Below are positions 1 to 11,818 of a DNA stretch of 62,786 bases, in pieces. The position numbers and the translations under genes were made by a program. The DNA lies in assembly GCF_016433145.1 (NCBI RefSeq), contig NC_058132.1, forward strand, positions 599,365,893 through 599,428,678. The letters run 5' to 3'. Numbering within the stretch: position 1 is the stretch's first letter; each line of letters begins with the position of its first letter. Under the pieces are notes generated by a model. It was not told the DNA's origin. It did no database searches and worked only from the letters and a program-made list of their open reading frames with translations. This DNA comes from Gracilinanus agilis (Eukaryota).

Positions 1-497
1 GAAAAAACAAAAGACATAAAACGAAAGAAAACAAATATATGTGTACATATAATATATATTACAAATATATATGTAAATATATACACTATATATTTATCTA
101 TACCTATACATATAGCAATCAGCAAACGCTGATCAGAGTATTATATAGATAGTTATCTGTGTTAAATTAATTTGCAAACTATAGCAAAAGTATTTAGAAA
201 TGGAAGAAAATATTTAGAAATGGAAGACATAGAGACTTCCATGATTTTTTAAATATGCATATAAAATTATAGTGAAGACCTTTGTTTTAAATCTTCTTGG
301 ATCTTTTTGGGCAGATTTAATTTATACCTATAATATACCCAGATTAGACTATCCAGAGTATTCCAAAAGTCTTAATGCCATCTTAAAATTTAAGAGCTTT
401 TTTAGCACCCATCTCCTAGGACAGTTGTGACAATCAAATTAGATAAACAGTAATTATAAAGAGCTTAGCACAGTACTGGTACATAGTAATTGCTAAA

Positions 498-746
498 GAA
501 GGCACAGTGGATAGAATGTCAAGCCCAAAGTCAGGAAGACTCATGTTCCTGAGTTCAAATTTGTTTCAAACTCTAGCTACGTGACCCTGCAGAAGTCCCT
601 TGACCCTATTTCCCTCAGTTTCCTCACCTGTCAAATGAGATGGAGAAGAAAATGACAAACTACTCCAGTATCTTTGCCAAGAAAACCCCAAATTGAGTCA
701 CGAAGAGTCAGACACGATTGAAATGATTGAAGAACATCAACAACAA
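498..746 (+). mobile_element. MAR1-type CORE-SINE (RTE tail) inserted into the 3' end of an older MIR (about 430-495 and 747-780)
   Basis: CORE (gtgaccctgcagaagtcccttgacc…cctcagtttcctcacctgtcaaatg) is followed by the RTE-type tail ggagaagaaaatgacaaactactccagtatctttgccaagaaaacccc…gaagagtcagacacgattgaa. The MIR tail cttagcacagtactggtacatagtaa resumes afterwards as gtgctatatagatgttagct. Confidence 0.8.
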
Positions 747-1487
747 AGTGCTATATAGATGTTAGCTCTTATTAGCTATTAATATGAAATGACCCTAAGA
801 CTTTTGGGATACCGTATTTCATTGCATTCTATCTTCCCAGTTCATTAAAATAAAAGCAATGGTACTATTTGATGGTTTAAGATACTCTGACAGAGTCTTG
901 CTCCAGATAATCTGGGTCAATGGTTTCTATACTGTAGGAGGGAATAGTGTTTGTGATTTCCTCTGCAGATTTTATTCAGCAATATTAAAATGAACTATAG
1001 TCGACTATCAGCTTTTATTTCATCTGATTTTAAGAAATTTAAGCCCAACTTAAAAAAATAAACTATGTTACCATGATCTGAAGACAGGAGGCAAGCAAGT
1101 TTTTCATTTTAGTTACCATTCAGAGAGAATGTCATTTGACCTTGAGTTAAGAGCTGGTGTCTTTGATGACTTATATCAAATGAGCTTAGCACTTGCTGAA
1201 CTAAAATATGCCCTTTCGAGGCTATAGAGTTTAAGAATGATGGTGTGGAAAGAAGCCAAGCTACTGATTTTACTATTGAAAAGGGAACTAAGCTCTCCTT
1301 AAATCCAACCTCTTCCTGCACTTAATTGACAAATAACTATTGATCACCTCCTCTGTGCCCAGCAGTGGGCTTCCTCCTATAGTAGTTTATAAGATAAATG
1401 AAACCCTACTCTGAGTAAATAGATAGTCTAGGTATTCCCTTCTCCATGAATCCATTCTTGATCACCACCACCACCCCCATACACTCA

Positions 1488-1490
<3 letters not shown>

Positions 1491-1532
<42 letters not shown>
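1491..1532. repeat. (TC)21 microsatellite
   Basis: Read directly from the sequence. Confidence 0.97.
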
Positions 1533-1537
<5 letters not shown>

Positions 1538-1599
1538 AAACTATTGGACTACTTTTTCATTATATTTATTCTGCATATATTTTATGTGTTTTTGTTTGT

Positions 1600-1985
1600 C
1601 CCATTGTCTTTCTACATATGCCCAGCACTTAGCACACTGCCTTGTTACATATTAGGTACTTAACAGATATTTGTTGATTGGTTGGTTGATTGATGGATAT
1701 ATTTCATTTTTCTTGTTAGTTGGTAAGTCACTTAATTTAATTTTCTTCTTTTACAGTTACAAAAAGGAGTGATGATAGTCTGTTTCAACATTTATTAAGT
1801 TCTTTCTGTGTGTAGAATACTCCGCTAAGGTCTTGGGAAAGTATAATTGTTAGACAAGACACAGTCCCTGCCTTCTTGGAGTTTATAATCTAGAATGGTA
1901 GGTATAGTTGGCACATCTAGAAATGACTATAATCTAATTAATCAGCAAGTATTTAAGTGCCTACTATGTGCTAGGAACTGCGAAT
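1600..1985. mobile_element. Cluster of L2 3'-end fragments in both orientations
   Basis: + strand tail cccagcacttagcacactgcc…acagatatttgttgattgg. Minus-strand tails: caacattttattaag…gacacagtccctgccttcttggagtttataatctag and agcaagtatttaagtgcctactatgtgctagg. Confidence 0.7.
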
Positions 1986-3219
1986 GCATCTTAAACTCAG
2001 CTGCAAAAATGATTTTCCTAAAGCTCAGTTCTGAACATGTCAGTCCTCTATTCAGGAAGATCCCATTGCTCACGTTAATTCCAGGTTCAGACACAGAGTG
2101 TTCTGCCTGGAATTCAAAGCTCATCAGACCTTAGACCCATGTTGATGAACCTATGGCCTGCATGCTGGAGTATCCCAGAGGGAACTGCTCCCTTCCCTCT
2201 CTCCAAGAGTATCACCCACCACTCTGCCCAGCAGCCCAAGTAACAATAAAAATACCCCTATCACTTCTTTCAAGATTATAGACAAAACTCATCCTTTTCT
2301 GGGAAACTGTTCCTAATTAACCTCACCCCATTCCATTGCTGTGACATTACACTACAGTTGTTATTTAGAAGTATTTTCTTATGCAATTTCATCTTTTTTT
2401 CTGAATCAGTATAAATCAGGGATTTTTGTCTTTTTTGTATCTCCCCACAAATTCTTGTATAATAATAAGTACATAGTAGATACATAAACCAACAACAAAA
2501 CATTTTTTTTGCTTTTTTTATTCCTTCTTCTTGTGCTATAGGTGGAAAAGATGTTATTTTACTCATTTCTAGGAGAAATGAGAAAGAAGTATATAATGTG
2601 AATTAGCTATCATCCCAGAATAACTGGGTGGGAGGTGCTGAAAAGAAAATCATTAGATATTTATTTGGTTTGACTGAATTCTTTTTGTTCCTTTTTCTCC
2701 TTGTTTTCTTTTCTCTAACTATAACTATGAACTTTAAGAATTCATTATTTATCCTTTCCTAGTAGAAATCTTTACATGTAATTAAAGGTATGTGTGGGTT
2801 GGGGATTGAGAGACAGAGAGGAAGTCTCTCTCTTTTAGATTTCCTCTACAATAACCTGAGTTATTTGGACCAAAAATTTAACTCTAGAACTAGAAGTTTA
2901 AAACCAAATTAAGATTCATACTTAATTCATGACCATCCCTTTGTTTTTAAGATTTTTGGAAAATAGAGCTTGTAATTTTGGTCTTCTTTATTCTAATTTA
3001 TCCATATCTTTTCTATAATTTATCTTTAACTTGACAGAGAATTTCTTTCAGTGTTGATTTAGAATTCCTGGCATACTATCAAAATAACAAGAATGTATCT
3101 CAAATGCTGGTCACAAAAAGACAAAAGTGAAAACATTCTTGCCCTCAAGGAGCTTATTAAATGTATTTCCTAATGTTTATAATTTGAATTACATTAATAT
3201 ACTTTGTTAAGATTTTTTA

Positions 3220-3540
3220 ATCAAGTAAAAGTTTATTGGGTAACCAGTTATGCATAAAGATATGTTATAGGCACTTTGCTAGAAAATGTGAGGGAAAAAA
3301 ATTAGTCCTTACCCTCCAGGATCTGACATTCTTGTTGGGAATATTATATATATATATACACACACAAAGAGCATAACAAAAGGCAGAATGTGATCCCAGC
3401 AAAAAAATAAAAAGTGATCCAAAGTCCTCTTGAAAAGCTTGAGGAAGGATAGAAAACTTTGTCCATGTGGAAGAGACATAAGGGAATGTTTTGTGAGAGA
3501 AAGTAGCAGCTTCTGAAATGAGATTTAGAGGAAATTTTAG
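3220..3540 (-). mobile_element. L2 LINE 3' fragment
   Basis: agtttattgggtaaccagttatg…ggcactttgctag…gtccttaccctccaggatctgacattc, then the purine-rich L2 body. Confidence 0.55.
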
Positions 3541-5677
3541 TATTAACTCTACTATAGTGGCCGAGAATGTTTGTAGAAGTTGTAAGAAAAATCAGGGTAG
3601 ACCAAAAGTCAATATGTCTAACAAAAATGATTCTGTTTTTATAATTCTATTCCTTTCTATTCTCTCTCTGCAATGTTTGTGAGAGTTTGTCTTTGAGTGG
3701 GGTAGCCTGTCTCAACATGAAAAGAACATGAAGTTTAACTCTCCAGATCACTCAAGGAAAGAAGAGAAAATAAAACACCTTTTCCTTAACTATTCAGATA
3801 ATTGTGGCAATAGTGTGTTTTTTTAAATTTAATTTTTTGCTTGGATAATCTGGATAATTGCCTCAGCTTTCTCCTTTCCTTCGTATAAATAGACATAGCT
3901 TGATTATTTATTCAGTAGGTAGTTACTTGTGCTTCCTTTGAATGGGGCCATGGAAGAGAGTAGGACCAACATTGGTAAATGTTGGTAGAACCAATGACAA
4001 TTTTTTTAGTCAAATATATGTGTATGAATGAATGACAGAGAGCAAGCCTGATGAATTGTTAAAACTTTGTAAGGTTTCTTCATTGTTAGAGTGGCATGGA
4101 AAAAAGAAATTGAATAATGACTTTGTTGATTTCAAGTATAATTATAGAGTTCTTAAAAAGCAAAATATATTTGGATTTGACCATACATAGTAATTAAACA
4201 AAAGAAAACATGTTAAATCTAACAGATAAAAGCATAATAAATAAATTTGTTTTGTTCAGAGGCTATATATATACATATACATACAAAGGCAAATTTTTAT
4301 TTTTTTGCTGAGGCTCTGAGAAATATGTTTTCTCTTTTATGGTGGAAGTGAATACTTTAGTAAATAAAGCAATAGTAATAGTAAAAAAAGGGTCAGATTT
4401 TATTTTAAAGTACGAATTTAAGAATTCTTTGACAATGCCGATGTATTCCTGTTTTGATATCACATTTGTGATAGGTATTTTCAATCTTTTCATTAGTCAT
4501 GTGAGAATAATTTAAATAGCTTTCATATTCTTTGATTTTGTTTGGAATGACATTACAATAAGTTCATGTTGAGGACAGAATGAACCTAGAACTAAGATAT
4601 CATATAAGGAATGCTGTCAAGAAAAATGAAGCTTTTAGAGCTCCAGCATTGAATTAATAGAATTTCCTATATACCATAAGAGAAGCACTTCTGATATTTC
4701 TAAATAGCATTTAAACCTTTGAATATGGAATATAAAGAGGAACTCTGTGTAAATAGAATTACCTCAAGCCCCATTCATAGTTAAAACTCTAGCCATCAAA
4801 GATAATGTCATCTCCCTTTACAACTCATAGTGGGCTCCTGTCAGAAACTCATAAAAGTCTTCTACCATATTGCTGGAAGTTACCATGCTCCTTGGGGAAG
4901 TTCCATCTTTAGTATGTCAGAATGCAATTGTGGTGCCGTCACTGGCACCAAAAATAAAGAGGGTTCAACCTTAAGGGTTGAAGTTCTGTGTTCTGAATAG
5001 AAGTAACCGTATCTGTTTGATTTTTGGCCAGAAGTAGCCTGCACTGCTTTTTTTTTTCCTTTGCAGGGCTTAAATATAACAGTACTTGCACACAGTTGGT
5101 TCTCAACCATATTTCTTCTTTAAACTACTACAGTGAAACAACCAAATGCTATGAACTACCTCTACCCTACCTTTAATTTGCCTTTTTGACATTAAACAGG
5201 TAGAAACACATGAATGAAAAGACTGGTGTTACTTTTTATAAGATATCAATGAGAGAAACCTTAAGTAAATCATTTTGTCAGAAACAAAATAAGATTAGGA
5301 GTTAGAAACCTTTCTCTCCAAAATAGTTGTCAAGATTTCATTACTACCCTCCTGAGGGAAAGGTGTATCTGTAGGGAATAGATAGCTATATTTGTTCATG
5401 TGGAGAAACCTGATAAGCTTGGTAGAACCTTGACTAGAAACAACCCAGGAGTATATTGTCTTGTTCTCAAGATCATGATCATTTAGACAAGTACCCAGAG
5501 GGAGAAACCTGTTGCAGAGGAAACAGAAATGATCACGTGAAATTTGTTTATATTCCTTTCTTTTTTCCCCTCCTTGACAATCTTCCAACACTACCCCCCC
5601 CAATAAGGCACTATAAAATATTTTAAGAGTTGTCCTAATAAAATTCAAATAAGCCTAAAAAGAGTCGTGTTCTATAC

Positions 5678-5869
5678 TAGGGGTTGGTAACCTTTTTGGC
5701 CATGAGAGCCATAAACACCTGTGGAAGGAGGAGGATGGAGGTAGAAGACACTGGAATATGGGGCAGGGACTGAAGGGCCCCCTGGGGCACATCCTGGGGC
5801 TCTGCCCAGACTGGCCAGTCAGGAGGTGGAGCCAGATATGACTAGAGAGCCATATGTTGCTGACCCCTG
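5678..5869. mobile_element. hAT (Charlie-type) non-autonomous DNA transposon / MITE, 192 bp
   Basis: Imperfect TIRs TAGGGGTTGGTAAC … GTTGCTGACCCCTG. 8-bp TSD ttctatac (5670-5677) / ctctatac (5870-5877). Subterminal gagagccata occurs near both ends. Confidence 0.9.
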
Positions 5870-6344
5870 CTCTATACCCTTATCAGTTAGCCTATGTATT
5901 AACTATGATCTGTTAAATCTTATCAAAGATTAAGATGAATGAGAAGAAAAAGGAGAGTCATAGGGCCATAGAAGATTGGGATTAGTAAAACTGGATGAAT
6001 GGAAGGTTAAATACTGATGAGAAAGGTGGAATATACCAAAAGTAAATTATTTCAGAGCTTGTGGACCTATTAGAAGCCTCTTTGGGGGAAAATGTGGTAC
6101 TCATTCATCCCAGTGTTACCTTTGATGAACACTGCTAGGTGACAGATACCTAATGGAAACAGTATTAGAAACCCTGCCTACCTACCACTACCTAGAGCAT
6201 CACTTTAATCATTGCTATTAAATCCATTAATTAGTTGCTTATCAGAAAGTATCACTCAAGTGCTGATTCACTTAAACCAAAGCCTTCGTATTTTAAGTGT
6301 TTACTTTGAATAGTTCTAAAAGACACTTTCTAGGTCTTTTTCTG

Positions 6345-6468
6345 ACATTAGAATATGAGGTCCTTGAGAGTAGTAGGTGTGGCTTTATTTTTTGTATTTT
6401 TATTTTCAGAGCCTAGTCCAATGTGAGCTACACAGCAGGTGCTTAATCACTATATATCAATTGATTAT
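6345..6468 (+). mobile_element. L2 3' end
   Basis: attagaatatgaggtccttgagagtag…tttttgtattt…cagagcctag…acacagcaggtgcttaat. Confidence 0.65.
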
Positions 6469-7794
6469 TCTTAAAGGTCTGTGTGAGACAGCTAGATGTT
6501 CAAAGACATGGTAACATTATAATTTCTCTTAAAATTTTACATTTCTTAATTTGTAACAATGAGCACTTTTCTTAGTTACAAACTATGTAACTATTCTTTG
6601 CTTAGTTTAAAGGGTTTTATAATAATGAATCAAACTGAATGCAAAGATTAATGTCTTTCTATCTGAATTGTTATAATCTGTTCATGTGCCATATGACAGC
6701 TTTTTCCAAGAGAAAGGGAATTACCTGGAAGTTGGTTGTCTGTAGCAAATGACAATCTTATATTGTTACAGAACAGAGTTAGTGTTACTATCTGTTCTTT
6801 TTAATATATGAGTGAGTGGTTTTGATAAGTAATTATTGAAAGTTTCTTAGTTCTATATGTGGAGTTTTTGAAAGTATTTGGACGAAATGCAACTGTTAGA
6901 ATAATTATCATCCGAATGACCTTTTCGATTGATAATTTGACAGACACTTGATGGACAGCATTCTCCCTTGCTTGGCCAACCTTTTATTATCTCTTAGAAA
7001 ATGAGAAGATTGTAGCCTAAAGAAAATGATAACATTCTTAATAGTCATTTGCTGCATGCCTCCTGCCATGCATATCCTTACATTTTAAAAAATCACCTTG
7101 CTTTCTCCTCAAGTTATTTCTCATTACCTGGAGAAAAAAGTTTTCTATAGGGAGATTTTTCCAAAACAACAGAACAGATGCTGAGCCAAATTTCCCTAGT
7201 GTCTTAAGTATTCCCTAAGGCTACTAAACAGTACTGGTTTTGTGTATTAAATAGTCCTACAATGTCCTCTAAGAGTTAACACAGCTTCTAAAACATCCCT
7301 AATTTAGAACTAAGGAATAACTTCAGTACTGGAAGAATCTGGCTAAATGTGTGTCCAAACAAAATAGGAAAAAGAATTCATTTCCAGGTAATAGGGAAGG
7401 GAATTAACTGGTGGTTTATTTTTAAATTTTGTCTCCTCCCAGTAGCAGACATATACAAAAGACAAATATTTCCTCAGAGAACAAAATCAGTTTGGAAAAT
7501 ATTTGCTCTTAATTTAGAATAGTGTTTTCTCACCATTTTGATGACTTAAACATTAATAAAATATAAAAACTGTCTTCATAAGATTCCCCCAAAGAAATAC
7601 TTTTTTAAAAATAACTGACATATCTTATGTTAAATACTTTTCAAAGATTTGTCTTTCATCTCCTCTTACTCCCTCTCAATTTTGTCACAGGATTCCAAGC
7701 CACTGAAAAATTTTGGCAGAAGCAATGTACCTATCTCTTCCAAATCTAGATAGGAGGAGCTTAATTTTTGCCTCTTTTAAGAAGGACAATGGAA

Positions 7795-7965
7795 ATTTAT
7801 CTAGATTTGGAGTCAGAGGACCTTGTTTCATATGTGAGGTCTGGTCTTCTGACCTTGGACAAGTTATTTATGTTCTCCCGTACTTCCTTTCTCTCACTTG
7901 TAAAATAATGGAGTTGGACTGAATGCCATTTAAGTGTATTTCTAGGTCGAAAATCATCATCCTTT
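7795..7965 (+). mobile_element. MIR3-type SINE
   Basis: ttggagtcagaggacc…gaccttggacaagtta…tgtaaaataatggagttggactgaatgcc…tttctaggtc. Confidence 0.7.
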
Positions 7966-8049
7966 TCCTTTTGAATGTAATCTGGAAAAGATTAGAGAAA
8001 GTTACTTTTGGTCTAAAAGTAAGTAAATTTCATTAAAGTAGTTTATTAT

Positions 8050-8260
8050 CAAGAACCTTTGATTTTTGAAGAGGACCAATGACATCATGGGTTGATTCCT
8101 TTTCTCCTGAATACATTGGATTTAAGTGAGGAAGAGTTGCACAAAATCATCAGCCTCACTTTCTTCCAGTCATCAAAGTCCAGTAATAAGACAAAAGTTA
8201 GAGTGACTAGGTTTGAGATGCAATAGATGACCATGGCATCTTTTATGTCTGAGCAAGCTC
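8050..8260 (+). mobile_element. Marsupial RTE-associated SINE fragment (WALLSI/MdoRep-like; family uncertain)
   Basis: gaagaggaccaatgacatca…ggatttaagtgaggaagagttgcacaaaatcatcagcctcactttc. A reverse copy of the same family lies at about 32270-32415. Confidence 0.6.
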
Positions 8261-8274
8261 TATATCATATAGAC

Positions 8275-8450
8275 CAGTGGTTCCCAAACTTTTTTGGCCT
8301 ACCATCCCCTTTCCAGAAAAAATATTACTTATCTTTTAAAATTTTAATAGCAATTAATAGCAAAGATAAATGCACCTGTGGCCATCCCCGCCCTCCTGGA
8401 TCACTGCAGTACCCACCAGGGGGCAGTAGCACCCACTTTGGGAATCACTG
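8275..8450. mobile_element. hAT (Charlie-type) MITE, 176 bp
   Basis: TIRs CAGTGGTTCCCAAA … TTTGGGAATCACTG (13/14 complementary). Perfect 8-bp TSD ATATAGAC at 8267-8274 and 8451-8458. Confidence 0.93.
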
Positions 8451-8574
8451 ATATAGACAGAAAAATTCCAGAGATGAGAAAGAGAAAGGAAAGGGGAACA
8501 TGGCTAGAGAAGGTGAGGTGTCTAGGAAGAAAATGGGATAATATAAGGGTAGCCATAAATAGAGATGACATAAA

Positions 8575-8800
8575 GATTTGACTGAAAAAATTGTGAGAAC
8601 TAGAGGAGAATGAGAAAATACTGAGGGTTTTCTTGGCAAAGATGCAGGAATAGTTTTCCATTTCCTGCTTCATTTTGCAAGCAAGGGTTAAGTTACTTGC
8701 CCAGGGTAACACAAATAGTAAGCACCTGAGGTCAGATTTGAACTTTGGTCTTTCTGACTACAAGGTCCAGTGCTCTCTACACTGTGCCACCTAGCTACCC
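8575..8800 (-). mobile_element. MAR1-type SINE
   Basis: gggttttcttggcaaagatgcaggaatagttttccatttcc…gttaagttacttgcccagggtaacac…gatttgaactttggtc…ctgtgccacctagctacccc. Confidence 0.8.
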
Positions 8801-9284
8801 CAGAAAGATGCATAGTTATTTAATTCAACTAATATTTAGGACAAGCATTTATTAAGTGCCTGTTCTACTACATACAAAACATTCTTCTCTTATAGATATT
8901 AAGGTATTGAAAAACATTCACAACTGATCTCATGATTTATGGTCCTCAAGAAATCTAATCCTTTTATGGGGTACAACATTTACACAAGTGAGTGAATACA
9001 GGATGACTTGAGACATGTAAAAAAACTAAAATGAGATGCACCTTTTCATAACCCTAAGTCACACTTCTTAAAATATTTTGTCACTTTATATTGTGTGTTT
9101 GTGGAGATCATGAGTGGACATAAACTTCATTTTCTAAGTGAGATTACTTTTATAATTTGATATACTAACCAAGAGATAAATAGAAAAATTCCCTTGGAAG
9201 AATTCAGAGATTTGTAAGCTGTTCTTCAGTTCAGAATGCTACCTTAAACAGTGTTCTCACTTAGGAAAAGTCTGAAGTTTGAAC

Positions 9285-9830
9285 CTAGGTAACTGGAAGA
9301 ATGCTGGTGCTATCAGGAGAAGTTAGGGAAGTTAGGAATATGATCAGATATTCAAGGGAATATAGTGAGTTGATTATAACATGTTCTATTTGGAAATAGC
9401 TGGCAGTTGGAAGTCAAGTGGGAAACCATTTCAGTCTTTGGATGCCAAAGATTCCTAGATGAGGAGATGGGAAAGAGAAATCACAGAGGTACAGATAAGT
9501 GAGAAAAGGCACTATTGAAATGAGGAAAGCCAGGAGAAGGAGTCTTGGGAATTGCTGACATAGAGGTGAAAATTGAAATCATGGAAGTATATAATTTCTC
9601 TTCTGGTGAGAAGAGTGTATGGCATATAAAGAGAAGAGGATCAAGGTCAGAGCTTTGGGGAAATCCCCCCTCCCCATGCTGAGAGGTTGGGAGAGGGCAA
9701 TAGAAGAGGGAAACAGCCAGGGAAACAGACAGAAGAGTGACTATCTCATAGATAGAGGGAAAACCAGGGGAGACTATTATTCTAGAATAAAAGGGAAAAG
9801 AGAGTGATCAGCAGTGTCAGATGCTGCAAG
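9285..9830 (-). mobile_element. L2 LINE internal fragment
   Basis: Purine-rich L2 minus-strand pattern: ggtaactggaagaatgctggtgc…gaggtgaaaattgaaatcatggaag…gagaagaggatcaaggtcagagctttgggg. Confidence 0.7.
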
Positions 9831-11627
9831 TAGAAGAAGTAAGAGCTTTATCAGAGGGGAGAATGTAACCTGTGAAAGAAGCTACAGAGAGATATAATTT
9901 CATTCAGTATGAAGAATAATTTTTAAAGAATTAAAACATTCTACTATTTGAATGAGTTGCCTTTAATGTTTTAAGTTTGATGTATTTAATATTATAAATT
10001 ATAACTATTAATTTAGAGACTGGCTATTTTAGAAGGGAAGTTTTCATTGGTTTGGACTTTAAGGGACCACTTAAGTTCCTGCCAGTTTTCATATTCTGTG
10101 GTTATATAGTGTCTTTTTCCATTAACCTAGTTACTTGAAAGAGATGAGAAAAAATATAAAACCTTAGAATGAACTTTATTTTCTCTGCCAGATAGAGTAT
10201 ATTTTAGTCTATGGCACTTATAAGAATTTATGCTCACTCCCCTTCAAAAAAATTACTTGGGATTTCTATAGTTCCATTCATTCTAAAATTCATTCATGAA
10301 ATAACTTTCATCAGCTTCAGTGTATATGCACTTAAAGAAGTACTGTTTATAGGAATTTTCAGCTTTGTGAACATTATTCTTCAGTCTCACCTATTAATAT
10401 TGCTTAGAGTGCTACCTCTTTTTTTACCCCAGTAGAGTTTAAGGGCATTTCCCTATTGTATTTCAGTCTAATTCTGGAGTACCAACCCCGCCAACCATTC
10501 TCATTTATTGCCTATAAGATAAAGTAGTCTTAATTGCTCTAATATTCACTAGAAAATCATTGAAAATGAAAGTGCTCTCATTTGAAGATGAGTATTGGCA
10601 CTGATAAAGATAAAGTGGTATTGAGAGTTACTTGATTTACTTATAACCATTTCAGGAGCAAAGGAGGACATGATACTTTTACCTGAACTTTTAGAATAAA
10701 AGACAAGCATCTTAGCATACATTTAGGAGCCAGGGAACAGTTTTATCTCAATAGACTGGTGGTTGAAAAAGTATTCTTTTTCTTTGTAAGATAGAAGGAC
10801 AAAATAATTCCCAAGACCTTTATTGCTATGGATTTGAAGAATTGTGTCAGTGAAACATAAAACTGCTTCTAGACTAAAAGTAGACTTTATTCATCTTGTA
10901 CCTTCTACCTGGGTGGGAAGACGGTGCACTCAAGGCCAGAAATACAGAATAAATCTGGAAGGCATTTTTGTGTTCTGCTGCTAATAACTTTATTGGAACA
11001 TTGTCAGATAAATCACCCAGACCAATTGGATGTTCTATCCTGAAGAATTTCTAAACAGTACAACAGGAACAATAAACTACCCCCTTTCGTCCTCTCTCCT
11101 CTCCCCCTCCTCCAAACCAACAGGAGTGATGTGCTGTGCAATCTAGCTTGTTATATTCAGCTTGTTAAATTGTGCTTTCAATCTGGAGATGGCCTTGCAT
11201 CTTGCACCAAGTTAGGCTGCTGAGGTGACACATAAAACTTTTGCTCAATATTTATTGAGTACTTGTACCGTGTTTTGGGCCCAGACAATATCCTGGGCCC
11301 TGAAAAGGTTTCTGCTGAATTATTCATTTTAAAAAATGATTATTTCTTTGTCTTTCTCATTAGCATAGTATGCCCTTAAACACTCCAAGTTCATTATAGC
11401 ATGTACTTTGGACAAAAATTTTCAATCTACAGCCTGAGCAGTCAGCCTGAGCAGTCAAGGCATTATAAAAATTCATTATTGTTCCTACCACATTAAATTC
11501 TACAATCAGTAATCTTTTTTAAACTTTAGAAACAAATGAAAAACTGTGTTAAACAAAATAAAACAAGTTGTTATTATCAACATTTATTTAACTTATGTAG
11601 ATAGTCTTAAAAATATAACCACCCCTG

Positions 11628-11818
11628 GGGGCAGCTGGGTAGCTCAGTGGATTGAGAGTAGGGCCTAGAGATGGGAGGTCCCAGGTTCAAATCTGGCCTC
11701 AGACACTTCCCAGCTGTGTGACCCTGGGCAAGTCACTTGACTCCCATTGCCTACCCACCCTTACCACTCTTTCACCTATGAGCCAATACACAGAGATTAA
11801 GGGTTTAAAAAATATATG
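11628..11818 (+). mobile_element. Young SINE1_Mdo-type tRNA-derived CORE-SINE, short-tail variant
   Basis: ggggcagctgggtagctcagtggattgagag…ggttcaaatctggcctcagacacttcccagctgtgtgaccctgggcaagtcacttg…gagccaatacacagagattaagggtttaaaa. TSD core tataaccacc at 11614-11623 and 11819-11828. Confidence 0.92.

Noticed and set aside
11628-11700. tRNA-like heads with A/B boxes (tagctcagtgg…ggttcaaatc) here and in other SINE copies
   Set aside because: They continue into the CORE domain and SINE tail with TSDs, so they are SINE heads and not tRNA genes.
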